A stretch of DNA of 64,000 nucleotides from an uncultured bacterium (lineage in GTDB: Bacteria > Armatimonadota > Abditibacteriia > Abditibacteriales > Abditibacteriaceae). Shown here in pieces: positions 1-10,166 of the stretch; position 1 is the first letter of the stretch, and each line of letters opens with the position of its first letter. A program made the position numbers and the translations under genes. Below the pieces are notes generated by a model that saw nothing but the letters and a program-made list of their open reading frames with translations, did no database searches and was not told the DNA's origin. The stretch lies in the NCBI GenBank assembly GCA_963843795.1, contig CAWJLW010000006.1, positions 2,046,001 through 2,110,000 of the forward strand, written 5' to 3'.

Positions 1-629
1 TCCGGCCAATTCAGTGTCCCCTGCCCGACTTCGGCGAATGTTTGATTGGCGTCGTTTGTCATATCTTTGATGTGCAAAAGCGGTACGCGGCCCGAATATT
101 GGCGAATGAATGCCGCGGGATCACTGCCGCCTTTTTGAATCCAAAAGGTATCAATTTCGGCTTGCACAAGGTCTTTATCGGAATTGAGATAGAGCATTTC
201 CAAACCGTTGATATCGTCGAAGCGGTCTTCGAGTTCAAAGGCGTGATTGTGATAGCACAACGTCATGCCCGCACCTTTGATTTCGCGCCCGATGGATTCC
301 AACTGATGCGCGAATTCGACATAACCGACCACATTGCGCTGCGGTCCGGGAATTGACGGGCATACCAGATGTGTGTTGTTCATGCGCTCGTTTTCCGCAA
401 CGATGCCTCCCAAATCTTCCTGCAATGAGCCGAAACCGACGTGACTGCCGACAACTTTTAGCTCTAAGTCTTCCAGTGCGCGCATTAAATCGCCCGGGGC
501 AAGATCGCCATAACCGGCCAATTCAACGCCTTCGTAGCCAATTTCTTTAACTCGGCGCAGCGTTTCCAGCATATTCTTGGCGGCTGCATCACGCAGCGTG
601 TACATTTGAACGGCAATCGTCGGTCGCAT
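1..629 (-). CDS. Sugar phosphate isomerase/epimerase (xylose isomerase-like TIM barrel), 3' end beyond window
   Basis: Not in the ORF track. Manual translation from ATG at 629: MRPTIAVQMYTLRD...IGYEGVELAG...CYHNHAFE...EIDTFW...LLHIKD...FAEVGQGTLNW, the typical AP_endonuc_2 motifs. Confidence 0.85.
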   Translation of the reverse strand, partial: MRPTIAVQMYTLRDAAAKNMLETLRRVKEIGYEGVELAGYGDLAPGDLMRALEDLELKVVGSHVGFGSLQEDLGGIVAENERMNNTHLVCPSIPGPQRNVVGYVEFAHQLESIGREIKGAGMTLCYHNHAFELEDRFDDINGLEMLYLNSDKDLVQAEIDTFWIQKGGSDPAAFIRQYSGRVPLLHIKDMTNDANQTFAEVGQGTLNWP

Positions 630-701
630 TTACAAATTCCTTTAAAAATTAAAAAACTCTATAACGTCGTGCGTGTACTTACACGGCGAAATCTATTGAT
701 T

Positions 702-1943
702 TTAAGTGTGGTATTCGGCGTTGATTTTAACGTAGTCATACGAAAAATCACACGTCCAAGCTGTCCAATTGGACGCGCCTGCGCCAATGCGCACGCGAAT
801 CGTCAAATCTTCGTGGCTCATCGCAGTTTCAGCTTCTGAAACATCGAAATTCAACGGCTCACCGTTCTCGAAAACTTTCACGTCACCGATTTCAATCGAC
901 AACTGGGCCGCATCGAAATCGACACCAGCGCGTCCCGCCGCCATTGCCAAACGGCCCCAGTTCGGGTCGCGACCAAAAATCGCGGTTTTTACCAGAGGGG
1001 AATTGGCGATTGTCATCGCAATTTTTTTGGCGTCGCCTTCGGTGTTGGCGCCCGTAACCTCAATCGTAACCAGCTTAGTCGCGCCTTCGCCATCGCGCGC
1101 AATTTTGCGCGCCAATTCGTCGCAAACCTGCTGCAGCAATTGTATAAATTGCTCTTGATTATCGTCATCGATTTCGACGCCGCTCTGCCCGCCCGCAATC
1201 AGAATTGCGGTGTCGTTGGTTGAAGTGTCGCCATCGACAGTGACGGAGTTGAACGAGCGCGCAACGGCCCGCTCCAGCAAAGTTTGCAAACGCGCTTTGT
1301 CGATTTTCGCGTCGGTTGTCAAAAACGCCAGCATCGTGGCGTGTAAATTCGTGCTGCAAGTACTTGTGGGAACGAAATGCGCCATGTCGGGGCCAATCAT
1401 GCCGACGCCCTTGGCCTGTCCGCCGACCGTCACAATGTGGCCGTCGATTTCGGTTTGCGCGGCGCAGTGTTTGGGCACGACATCGGTTGTCATTGATGCG
1501 CGCGCGCTGGCTGCAGAAAATTCATCGCCATGACCCACTGCAAGTACTTGCAGCGCGCTTTCAACTTTTTCCAGTGGCAAAGCGTGGCCGATAATTCCGG
1601 TCGAGCAGATCAAAACTTCTTCGCTGACACAGCCGATTTTCTGTGCCGCCAGCTCGCACATTCTTTCGGCATTTTTCAAACCTTGCGCGCCGGTGCAGCA
1701 ATTCGCGTTGCCAGAATTGAACACGATGGCGCGCGTAGTCGCGTTGGTGGCGTGCTGCGCGCACACCAAAACTGGCGCGGCTTTGACCTGATTTTGTGTC
1801 CAGACCGCAGCAGCGACCGAGTTTTCGGGCGCGATAATTAATCCGACATCTTCGCCGCTTTGTTTGATGCCGCCGCGCGCGCCACCGGCTTGAAAACCGC
1901 GCGGCGACGCGACGCCACCATTGGCAAGTACTTGCAGTGTCAT
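702..1943 (-). CDS. argJ: Bifunctional glutamate N-acetyltransferase/amino-acid acetyltransferase ArgJ
   Basis: NSGNANCCTG, STGIIG, ATMLAF autocleavage motif, DGDTSTND, DGEGATK, C-terminal YVKINAEYHT; start reassigned to MTLQVL (ATG 1943). Confidence 0.95.
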   Translation of the reverse strand: MTLQVLANGGVASPRGFQAGGARGGIKQSGEDVGLIIAPENSVAAAVWTQNQVKAAPVLVCAQHATNATTRAIVFNSGNANCCTGAQGLKNAERMCELAAQKIGCVSEEVLICSTGIIGHALPLEKVESALQVLAVGHGDEFSAASARASMTTDVVPKHCAAQTEIDGHIVTVGGQAKGVGMIGPDMAHFVPTSTCSTNLHATMLAFLTTDAKIDKARLQTLLERAVARSFNSVTVDGDTSTNDTAILIAGGQSGVEIDDDNQEQFIQLLQQVCDELARKIARDGEGATKLVTIEVTGANTEGDAKKIAMTIANSPLVKTAIFGRDPNWGRLAMAAGRAGVDFDAAQLSIEIGDVKVFENGEPLNFDVSEAETAMSHEDLTIRVRIGAGASNWTAWTCDFSYDYVKINAEYHT

Positions 1944-1966
1944 ATTTGAGGAAAATTCTTGGGAAA

Positions 1967-4006
1967 TTAGGGCCACGGAAAACTGGGTGCCGACCATCCG
2001 AGAAACGGCATGGAAACTACGGCCCAGAAAATGGCCAGGGAAAATTCGCCTAAAATCATGCCCAGCATGAACGGCGACAAGCGACGGTATAATTCGGCAC
2101 CGCCAAAGCGCAAAACCAAACTTTTGATGATCCAGGCGATGAAAAATGGAAACCAGAAAACGAATCCGCTCCACGTTGGCACAATCGCATAAGCCAGAGG
2201 ATGCAGCGGGAACCACGAAAAATGGCCGCGCGCCCATACAAGCAAAATCGTCACCACGATGCCGACCGCAAAACCGCCATAATCGGTCGAGCTGGGCGAC
2301 GGCGCATCGCCCTGAATCAGTCCGCGCGATATTCCATACATATTTCGCGCGTTATCATTGGGATAAGGATAAAGCGTGAGGTTGCCTTTGGTGTAGGAAA
2401 AATACAAAAAGAAAAACGACGCGACAATAAAAGAGACCACAAAGGCCGCGCCCAACGGCAATAATAGCGAACGCTGACGCACGCGCAATTCGCCCGCCAT
2501 TTTCTGATTGTCGAGCAAAGGTGATAGCAAAAGGCCGCGCAAATCGCGCGCGAAAACCAAGTTCACCATGGCCATCATCGACAAGTTAGTCGCGCCCAAA
2601 TCTTCCAGCGGATAAACCAGGCGAATTAAATGCTGGGGTAAAAAGCTGGTTTCGGTCATTAGTAAACCGGCTTCGCAGACCGCGCGGCTCATGATAACGG
2701 CGACGAAAAACAGATAAATACCCATCTGCGCCATCGCCAGCCACGGACTCATGCCCGCGATGGAAAGCCACATCACAATGCCCGCAAAGCCCAGCGCCAT
2801 TCCAATGATTGCGCTGCGATAAGACATTAGTTCGTCGCGGTCATCAATCGGTTTATTCTTGGAAAACGCGGTTTGAAAAACCTGCTTGAAGTAGGGAAAG
2901 GCGATGCGGAGCTGCGCCAACACCAGCACGACATACGCACCTGCGGCTTGATAGCCATTCCAAATGTTAGTGCTGTGGCTGACGATGCTGGTTGGAATGC
3001 CGCCCAGTTGCACGGCGAAGACGTCCTGCGCACGCGTGAGCAAAAAGAAAAACCACATCGAAAACAACAGGTCAGTAGGCAGAAAATACGCGAAACCGAC
3101 CGCCGCAAGCGATAGATAAAGCGTGATACCCGCCATGCCGTTCCACGGACGCTCGGTGAACATCGAACCCAAATTTAAATCGAGTATAAATTTGGGCCAG
3201 TCGGGATAGTTCACACTCAGGCCATTGACACCGAACACGACGGCGCTTAAAGCGAAGCCCAACCACATCAAGCGGTTGGAGAAAAATGGCTGCCCTTCGA
3301 CTTCATCGCGAATCATTGCGAGCGGCAAAATCGTGAGCGGAAAGCGCAGTTGCTCGTTGTCCATCCACTGCCGACGCAAAAGCGTAGCGAGACAGGCAAA
3401 TACTAAAACCACGCAACAAATAAGGCCAAACCATGCCAAAAGCGGCATAATCCAATGCGAATAGGGAATAGCGCCGCCAGTTGGTACGCCATCGAAAAAG
3501 TCGCGCATCCACGGCGCCTCACTGGGGCGCTGCGTGTTATACGGCATCATCCACGACGGCAAATTGGGCGTTATCAGCGTATTGAGCTTGTTTTCGCGTG
3601 TGGCGAAATAGGGCAGATACGCCATCGGCGGAATCACTTTCTCGACCACGCCACGCGTCGAAACCATCACGCCGACCAGCATCATCGCGTAAATCACCAG
3701 AACGTCGGCGTAATTGAGGAGATCGCGTTTGGTAAGTTTTGTTAGACCGCGATTGACTAAAACCAGGGCAAACAAACCCACGATGGCAGGTGGCGCCAGT
3801 TGAAGCACACCAAATTGCACGCGCTGGCTCACCATGTCGGCGAAAACCGAAATAAATGCGATGAGGACGACGAGCGGAATGCCGATGAGCAAGGCACGCA
3901 AACGCAAACCGAAAACCGGGCGGCGCGCGGATTCTCGTGTTGAAGCGACGGAAACGTCGGCGGGAGCTTCGCCCACAGGTGGATGTGCAGCGGAAATATC
4001 AGGCAT
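1967..4006 (-). CDS. Polytopic membrane protein, DUF6785/DUF6784-like (putative transporter)
   Basis: Many TM segments; RRQWMDNEQLRFPL and WFPLHPLAY...RFGG...Y motifs shared with 5102..7168. Confidence 0.7.
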   Translation of the reverse strand: MPDISAAHPPVGEAPADVSVASTRESARRPVFGLRLRALLIGIPLVVLIAFISVFADMVSQRVQFGVLQLAPPAIVGLFALVLVNRGLTKLTKRDLLNYADVLVIYAMMLVGVMVSTRGVVEKVIPPMAYLPYFATRENKLNTLITPNLPSWMMPYNTQRPSEAPWMRDFFDGVPTGGAIPYSHWIMPLLAWFGLICCVVLVFACLATLLRRQWMDNEQLRFPLTILPLAMIRDEVEGQPFFSNRLMWLGFALSAVVFGVNGLSVNYPDWPKFILDLNLGSMFTERPWNGMAGITLYLSLAAVGFAYFLPTDLLFSMWFFFLLTRAQDVFAVQLGGIPTSIVSHSTNIWNGYQAAGAYVVLVLAQLRIAFPYFKQVFQTAFSKNKPIDDRDELMSYRSAIIGMALGFAGIVMWLSIAGMSPWLAMAQMGIYLFFVAVIMSRAVCEAGLLMTETSFLPQHLIRLVYPLEDLGATNLSMMAMVNLVFARDLRGLLLSPLLDNQKMAGELRVRQRSLLLPLGAAFVVSFIVASFFFLYFSYTKGNLTLYPYPNDNARNMYGISRGLIQGDAPSPSSTDYGGFAVGIVVTILLVWARGHFSWFPLHPLAYAIVPTWSGFVFWFPFFIAWIIKSLVLRFGGAELYRRLSPFMLGMILGEFSLAIFWAVVSMPFLGWSAPSFPWP

Positions 4007-4077
4007 AACGAAATCGCAACGTCACAAAGTGATGGATATTATACGTGAATCGAAAACAACAAAAACGCAAAAACACA

Positions 4078-4971
4078 TCATACACTATCCAGTGCGGCCA
4101 TACGCGCCAGTATTTTGTAGATCGCGTGAATGCCTTCCTCCCCATCGCCCTGCGCTTGCGAGGCGCGCCACAACTGCGTAACCAGCGCCGCGCCGGGCAG
4201 CGCGACTTGCGCATCTTCGGCAGCCTCGCTCACCAAACGCATATCTTTTTGTTGGGTATCGACCATGAAACCCGGCGACCAGTCTTGGTTTAAGATCTTC
4301 GGAGCAAGGTTGCTCAACGCCCAACTCGAAGCCGCACCGCCGCTCAGCGCGCGGGTCAGAATTTCGCCTTCAATGCCCATTTTGCGACACAGAACCAGCG
4401 CTTCGGCCACACCCAGCATATTCATCGCGCCCATAATTTGATTACACAACTTAATGCCCTGCCCCGCGCCCGGCCCGCCACAAAACGTGATGTCGCGTCC
4501 CATCGCCGCAAAAACTGGTTGAGCATCCTGAAAATCACTTTCCTGCCCTGCCGCCAAAATCGACAACGTGCCATTTTGAGCGCCAATTGTCCCGCCCGTT
4601 ACCGGTGCTTCTAAAAATCGAAAGCCCAGTTCACGCAACCTTTCACCGCTGGAAACCGCCATAGAGGGCGCAATTGTGCTCATATCAATGAACAAGGCAT
4701 TTTCCGGTGCGCCCTGAATCGCGCCGTTTTCGCCGAACAAAATCGCTTCGACATCCGGTCCATCGGTCACGCACGAAATGATAATCTGCGCATCGTGCGC
4801 TGCATCAGCGGGCGTGTCGTGCGCGCTTGCGCCCGCAACGACGACAGGTTCGGTTTTGGCTTTGGTGCGGTTGTAACAAGCGACTTGGAAACCGGCTTTT
4901 AACAGGTTGCACGCCATCGGCGCGCCCATCAATCCGGTACCCAAAAAGGCGACGTGTGAATTGGAATTCAT
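4078..4971 (-). CDS. NAD(P)-dependent oxidoreductase, 3-hydroxyisobutyrate dehydrogenase/tartronate semialdehyde reductase family
   Basis: FLGTGLMGAPMA Rossmann motif, DMSTI, APVTGG, KLCNQ, KDM. Confidence 0.9.
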   Translation of the reverse strand: MNSNSHVAFLGTGLMGAPMACNLLKAGFQVACYNRTKAKTEPVVVAGASAHDTPADAAHDAQIIISCVTDGPDVEAILFGENGAIQGAPENALFIDMSTIAPSMAVSSGERLRELGFRFLEAPVTGGTIGAQNGTLSILAAGQESDFQDAQPVFAAMGRDITFCGGPGAGQGIKLCNQIMGAMNMLGVAEALVLCRKMGIEGEILTRALSGGAASSWALSNLAPKILNQDWSPGFMVDTQQKDMRLVSEAAEDAQVALPGAALVTQLWRASQAQGDGEEGIHAIYKILARMAALDSV

Positions 4972-5101
4972 AGTAATTTCCTTGGTGGCTGCGATTGTTT
5001 TGGCAAGCGTTAATTTACGCATGGCATTCCCCAAAACACGATGCAAGTACTTGCAGGTGCTCTGCAAGTACTTGCATTATATTTTTGACACGGCATTCAT
5101 T

Positions 5102-7168
5102 TTACCCGGGCATTAACTGGTGGTTGCTGCGTCCTTGCCAGCCGTCAATTGCCAGCCAAAGCAACATCATCACGACTTCGCCCAGAATTAATCCCAGCAT
5201 GGCGGGCGTGAGTTTGCGATAAGAATCGTTGCCTCCGTAGCGCGTCACAGTGACTTTGATGCTCCAGCCAAGAAAAATCGAAAACCACATCGTGGTAATC
5301 GCAAACGGCGTGAACATAATGTAGCCAATCGGATGGAGCGGGAACCAACTGAAACGGCTGCGTGCCAGCATCATCGCCCATGTCAGGCCCGCGCCCACAC
5401 CGGTTGCGGCCCAGTTCAGCGTCCAGTTATCGCTGAGCGTGCCGACCAATTCTTTGGCGTTTTTGGCCGGAGCTTGCGCGCCGTTACCGCGCGCCCACCA
5501 TTCTTGCATCGTTAATCCGCCGAATTCGTAACCCAGACGCACGTTGTTCCAGATGCCAATCGCCATAGAAACCAGAATACACGCGAAAATCAGCCACCAC
5601 AAGCGGCGCTGCGAAATGCCACGGTCTTGGGCTAACTTGAAACTTTGGATGAAAGAAGGCAGCAAAAAGCCGCGCAATTCGGTCATCAAAGCGCCACCGA
5701 TAAACGATGAGGGAACCGCACTCGCGGGCGTCATCCAAGAACTGCCGAACAGATACGCCAATGGCCCGACCGGTGACCAGCCGGTGTGCACAAAAATCAA
5801 ACCGGCTTCTACGATAACGCGCGCCAGTCCAATCGAAAGCACCAGATAAGTCAGCCATAGCACCAGCGCGATATCCCAACGCACACCAGCCGCAATCGTC
5901 CACGCCACGATGAAAGCAAACGCCAGCAAAAAGCCCCAGAACGCAGCGGGATACGAGAGCGCTTCGTCGCGTTCTTCAGGGCGCGCTTTGTCTAAACGAA
6001 ACGCACGGCGCACAACATGGCGAAAATGTTCGCGCGCCGTCCACAGAATAATCGCGACATAAGCGAAGTAAGCGCCGAATTGTTGATAAGCGATAAAGCC
6101 TTTGGAAAAACCGCGCGTCCATGTTGGTGTGGGAATCGTGCCCGACGGAAAACCCATATAATACGCGCCGATAAGCTGCATTTTGTGAAACCAGTAGAAC
6201 GCCCACAGCGAAAAACCGACTTCAGCGGTTAGCAAATAGGAAACGCCCAAAACCATCGGCCAAACGTGCAACGTCAATCCGCCCATCTGATTCCACGGCG
6301 GCTCGGTAAACATCGGCCCGGTGTTGATGTCCAGCGGCACAATCGGCACATCGGGAAAGTAGAACGATAAGCCATTGACGCCTTCGATGAAGACCGCAAT
6401 CAGAAAGCCGACCCACATCGTCGGATTGCGAAAAAACGCGCCGAACACGCGTTTTTTGTCGTCGGCATCTTCAGTCATTTGCATCGGCAAACGCAGAAGC
6501 GGAAAGCTCAAGGCTTCGCGTTCGGCCCATTGTGCGCGCAGCAAAACCGCCAGGCAACCGTGCAAAATGTAAATCGCCAGAATAATCGCGCTCCACGCGA
6601 TTAATGGCACCGTCCACGCCGCCCACGGCACGGTTTCCACTCCGCCGGTATACCAGCCATCGACTACGCTTTGATTGACCACACTTTGACCATTTTTGGT
6701 TTGCAGCGCGGGCGTCATCCACGGCTTGACATAGGGCAGCAAGAAGTTAAGCCACTTATTTTCCTGAGTCGCGTAATAAAACGAGGCCAAAACATTTGGC
6801 ACCCAGAAATTATCGCCGCCACGTCCCGGCACCAAACAAGAAAAAAGCGCGGTGATAAAAATGGTCAGCGTTTCATTGCGCGTCAAAAGCGCGCGTTTGC
6901 TGACTACGCGCAATAAAGGATTGAGTAAAAGCAGAATGAACAACAGAATGGCAATCGCGCCCGGCGGCATATGTGCCGCGCCGATGAAAGTGTTGTTGAA
7001 ACGATAATCGACAATTGGAATGACATAGCCAAAAATCGCCGCAAAAAACAATGAAAGCACGACGGCACGCCACGTCACACCACTGTTTTGGTTCACGGTT
7101 TCGGACGATTTCGAGGTTCGTTCAGAGTGAGGTTTTGCTCGTTCGGTAGAAATTTCAGGGGAAAGCAT
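5102..7168 (-). CDS. Polytopic membrane protein, DUF6785/DUF6784-like (paralog)
   Basis: RAQWAEREALSFPL and WFPLHPIGY...RYGG...YR motifs; same architecture as 1967..4006. Confidence 0.7.
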   Translation of the reverse strand: MLSPEISTERAKPHSERTSKSSETVNQNSGVTWRAVVLSLFFAAIFGYVIPIVDYRFNNTFIGAAHMPPGAIAILLFILLLLNPLLRVVSKRALLTRNETLTIFITALFSCLVPGRGGDNFWVPNVLASFYYATQENKWLNFLLPYVKPWMTPALQTKNGQSVVNQSVVDGWYTGGVETVPWAAWTVPLIAWSAIILAIYILHGCLAVLLRAQWAEREALSFPLLRLPMQMTEDADDKKRVFGAFFRNPTMWVGFLIAVFIEGVNGLSFYFPDVPIVPLDINTGPMFTEPPWNQMGGLTLHVWPMVLGVSYLLTAEVGFSLWAFYWFHKMQLIGAYYMGFPSGTIPTPTWTRGFSKGFIAYQQFGAYFAYVAIILWTAREHFRHVVRRAFRLDKARPEERDEALSYPAAFWGFLLAFAFIVAWTIAAGVRWDIALVLWLTYLVLSIGLARVIVEAGLIFVHTGWSPVGPLAYLFGSSWMTPASAVPSSFIGGALMTELRGFLLPSFIQSFKLAQDRGISQRRLWWLIFACILVSMAIGIWNNVRLGYEFGGLTMQEWWARGNGAQAPAKNAKELVGTLSDNWTLNWAATGVGAGLTWAMMLARSRFSWFPLHPIGYIMFTPFAITTMWFSIFLGWSIKVTVTRYGGNDSYRKLTPAMLGLILGEVVMMLLWLAIDGWQGRSNHQLMPG

Positions 7169-7289
7169 GGGCTTATATTATGCCCCGTTTGCAAGCAGTG
7201 CGAACGCAGTAATTCAAAAAGTATTCGCTGCGGCGTTGGTTTTCGGGCATCAGTTTATTTGCAGGTGCAAGTACTTGCAGGGCATAAAA

Positions 7290-8276
7290 TTAAACGGTAT
7301 CGCCGTCGAGCACATAAACCGGCGTATAAATTTCGCGTCGTTGCGTGCTATTGATTTCTTCGGGTGCTTCGATGCGCTCTGCAAGTACTTGTAGAGCGTG
7401 AGCAGCCACTTCATCCCAGCGGCAATCTGCCGTGACCAACTGGCGTTGCGGCAATTTTTCATCGCGCAGTCCATCGAATCCCATTACGGCGATTTCGTGC
7501 GGCACATCGACGTTGTTTTGAGCGCAGGCTTGCAGCAAATTGTAAGCGCTGCGGTCGTTCCAACAACACGCGACAACCGGAGCCAGCGCGCGCACTTGTT
7601 CTAAAATCGGAGCGGCGTTTTCGTAATGAATGCCCAGATGCGCGCGCAATTGCGCACCGCGCCGGGCGAGTTCGGCATCGAAAGCCATCCGGCGGCGCGA
7701 CACCGCGCTCAGTTCGATTTCGGGTTCGATGAACACGAAACGCCGATGGCCGCGCGACCACGCCAGCTCGATCAATTGCGCCATGCCGCTTTGCGCATCG
7801 CAAGTGAGGCCGCTCAGTTGCGGCGGCACATCGGCAATCGCGATGACCGGCAGCGCTTCGTTACGCAGAATTTCGATCAGCGGTTCGTTGGCGCTCGAAT
7901 GCAAAATCAGGCCATCGACACGCCCATCGCACAAACTGCGCGACAGTTCTTCGGGCGAACGTCCCAAGCCGCTGTGCAGTAGCAAATCCCAGCGTCGCTC
8001 TTGGCAGGCGTGCTGCAAGCCGCCAATGACCGCGCCCAAGAAATCGTTGCGTACGTCGTAGTTGTGATCGGTGTGCAACCCGATAATCCCCGTGCGTCCG
8101 CGTCGCAGCGAACGCGCAACCGCGTTGGGCCGGTAACCCAAACGTTGAGCCGCTTCTAACACGCGTTTTCGTGTCGCAACTGAAGCGCGATGAGAATTAT
8201 CGCCGTTCAATATCCGCGACACCGTCGGCTGCGATAAACCTACTTCGTTCGCTACATCCCGCGCCGTCACCGCCAT
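7290..8276 (-). CDS. LacI family transcriptional regulator
   Basis: TARDVANEVGLSQPTVSRILN HTH, LGYRPNAVARSL hinge, VMGFDG. Confidence 0.93.
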   Translation of the reverse strand: MAVTARDVANEVGLSQPTVSRILNGDNSHRASVATRKRVLEAAQRLGYRPNAVARSLRRGRTGIIGLHTDHNYDVRNDFLGAVIGGLQHACQERRWDLLLHSGLGRSPEELSRSLCDGRVDGLILHSSANEPLIEILRNEALPVIAIADVPPQLSGLTCDAQSGMAQLIELAWSRGHRRFVFIEPEIELSAVSRRRMAFDAELARRGAQLRAHLGIHYENAAPILEQVRALAPVVACCWNDRSAYNLLQACAQNNVDVPHEIAVMGFDGLRDEKLPQRQLVTADCRWDEVAAHALQVLAERIEAPEEINSTQRREIYTPVYVLDGDTV

Positions 8277-8403
8277 TTTTACCTGTCCTTTTTCATATCT
8301 CGTTATGCGCGCTATTATATTGAGGTAGCCTGTTTCGTGCAAGCGTTGGCCAATTGGGGAAAGGCGAGCGCGTCAGCAAGTTTTGTGGCAAGATGTGCTT
8401 ATT

Positions 8404-9171
8404 ATGCAATTCTTGGTGCTGTCGGATGTTCATGGCAATCGTCACGGTTTGGAAGCAGTTTTGGCCGATGCCGAAGGCGATTACGAGCAGATTCTGTGTC
8501 TGGGCGACATCGTGGGTTACGGCGCGTTTCCCAACCAATGCTGCAACATTCTGCGCGCGCACGAAGCAGTTTGTCTTTCTGGCAATCACGATGCAGCGGC
8601 GCTGGGCTTGATCGACATTCAGTGGTTCAATCCTGTGGCAACCGAAGCCATTTTGTGGACGCGACAGCAGTTGTTGGAAGAAAACAATCGTTGGCTCGCC
8701 AGCTTGCCCGCTCAGCGCGATTTTCCCGACGACGATTTTCAAGCCGTTCACGCCAGCCTGCGCGAGCCGTGGGAGGAATATATCACCAGCCCCGACATCG
8801 CCGCGCCCAATCTGCTAAAAATGCAGCGCTCGCTGTGCTTTTTCGGTCATACGCATCAAGCAGTCGTTTTTGGCGCGCCTCTGGACGCGAAAACCCAGTG
8901 GTGGCGCAACGGTTTCGAAGAGATGATGGGCGCGCTCATCACCGAAGGCGGAACATTAGAAATCGAAGACAATTTCAAATATCTGCTGAATCCGGGTTCA
9001 TGCGGGCAACCGCGCGATGGCAACCCGCAAGCGAAATACGCGATTTTCGATAGCCAGGTCCGCATAGTGCAAGTGCGCGCCATTGATTATGATGTGGAAG
9101 GCGCACAGCAGGCCATCTACGCCGCCGGACTACCCAAAATGCTGGGCGACCGATTGCTGAAAGGACGTTAA
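8404..9171 (+). CDS. Metallophosphoesterase family protein
   Basis: SDVHGN, LGDIVGYG, GNHD, GHTH, NPGSCGQPRDG. Confidence 0.92.
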   Translation: MQFLVLSDVHGNRHGLEAVLADAEGDYEQILCLGDIVGYGAFPNQCCNILRAHEAVCLSGNHDAAALGLIDIQWFNPVATEAILWTRQQLLEENNRWLASLPAQRDFPDDDFQAVHASLREPWEEYITSPDIAAPNLLKMQRSLCFFGHTHQAVVFGAPLDAKTQWWRNGFEEMMGALITEGGTLEIEDNFKYLLNPGSCGQPRDGNPQAKYAIFDSQVRIVQVRAIDYDVEGAQQAIYAAGLPKMLGDRLLKGR

Positions 9172-9268
9172 ACGAATAAGCTAATTCCAAGTGTTGAGCA
9201 CAAGATTCGATTACGAACGTTGAGATTTGGGTGCTGCAAGTACTTGCAGCTCACGATGCGAGGAGAAA

Positions 9269-9688
9269 ATGGCAATAGAAACAACAGACCCGGCATCTAA
9301 AACGATTTTGGCGGTCGATGATGATGCAAATATTTTGGAATTGGTTGAATATGCCCTGCACAATGAGGGTTATCGAGTTTTAACGGCCCTCAACGGCAAA
9401 GAAGCTCTGTCGATTATCAACGAGCAAGCTCCTGATTTGGTGGTGATGGACGTTATGATGCCGGAATTGAGCGGCTTTCAAGTGTTGCGCCACATCAAAG
9501 AAGATGAAGCCACGCAGATGATTCCGGTGATTATGTTGACCGCCAAAGACGAAGAATCCGATATTCTCAGCGGCTGGCTGCGCGGCGCCGATTTGTATAT
9601 GACCAAACCGTTCAACCCTTGGGAACTTATCGCCAATATCAATCGCGTTTTTACCGAAATGCAACAAAGCGACGAAAATTATTTGTGA
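9269..9688 (+). CDS. Single-domain response regulator (receiver)
   Basis: VDDD, DVMMP, LTAK, KPF; AGGAG RBS upstream of ATG 9269. Confidence 0.92.
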   Translation: MAIETTDPASKTILAVDDDANILELVEYALHNEGYRVLTALNGKEALSIINEQAPDLVVMDVMMPELSGFQVLRHIKEDEATQMIPVIMLTAKDEESDILSGWLRGADLYMTKPFNPWELIANINRVFTEMQQSDENYL

Positions 9689-9704
9689 CTTTTCTGGATT
9701 CAAC

Positions 9705-9748
9705 GACAAAAACGCGCCCTGCAAGTACTTGCAGGGCGCGTTTTTGTC
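9705..9748. terminator. 44-bp perfect palindrome centred on GCAAGTACTTGC; bidirectional terminator-like hairpin
   Basis: GACAAAAACGCGCCCTGCAAGT|ACTTGCAGGGCGCGTTTTTGTC between convergent genes. Confidence 0.85.
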
Positions 9749-9758
9749 TGGTGAGCTT

Positions 9759-10166
9759 TTACAATTTGAACACGCGAATAATCGTGTGTAGAACGATCCA
9801 AATCGCGCTGGCGAGAAAAAACACCATCCGAAAATCGCGGCTCACCATACACAAGATCACGATTAAAACTGCGCACAACAAAATCACCGTGAGCGCCAGT
9901 CGATTGAGTTTGCGCGGTGGCGCGACCACAACCGCATTAACAACTTGCGGTGGCATACGTCGCGCTTCGATGAATTCAGTTTCTTGAGTCACAGGCTCGC
10001 GAACGTCTTCCTGCCATGAGGAAGACGGCGTCGGTACAATCGGCGTTTGCGTGGGCGCTGAGATGGGTTCAGGCCGAGTTTCTGGCGCCGCTTGCGATTG
10101 GTCTGGCGGCGTTGTGGGTTGAGTGGGTGCGGGAAAAATCTCTTCGTTGGAAAATTCGGAATTCAT
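9759..10166 (-). CDS. Hypothetical membrane protein (Pro-rich N-terminus, two C-terminal TM helices)
   Basis: Start overlaps the amylase stop; two hydrophobic segments. Confidence 0.65.
   Translation of the reverse strand: MNSEFSNEEIFPAPTQPTTPPDQSQAAPETRPEPISAPTQTPIVPTPSSSWQEDVREPVTQETEFIEARRMPPQVVNAVVVAPPRKLNRLALTVILLCAVLIVILCMVSRDFRMVFFLASAIWIVLHTIIRVFKL

Noticed and set aside
42..839. Plus-strand ORFs 42..356, 353..550 and 606..839
   Set aside because: Shadow ORFs antisense to the epimerase and argJ.
1944..2237. Long N-terminal extensions of argJ, and likewise aroA, tyrA, aroF, DUF58 and MFP in the ORF track
   Set aside because: They overlap neighbouring genes or run through intergenic palindromes; homology-consistent starts lie downstream.
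7290..8276. Palindrome as the operator of the local LacI regulator
   Set aside because: LacI operators usually have a central CG. Forty copies in unrelated genes, CDSs and terminators do not fit a sugar regulon.
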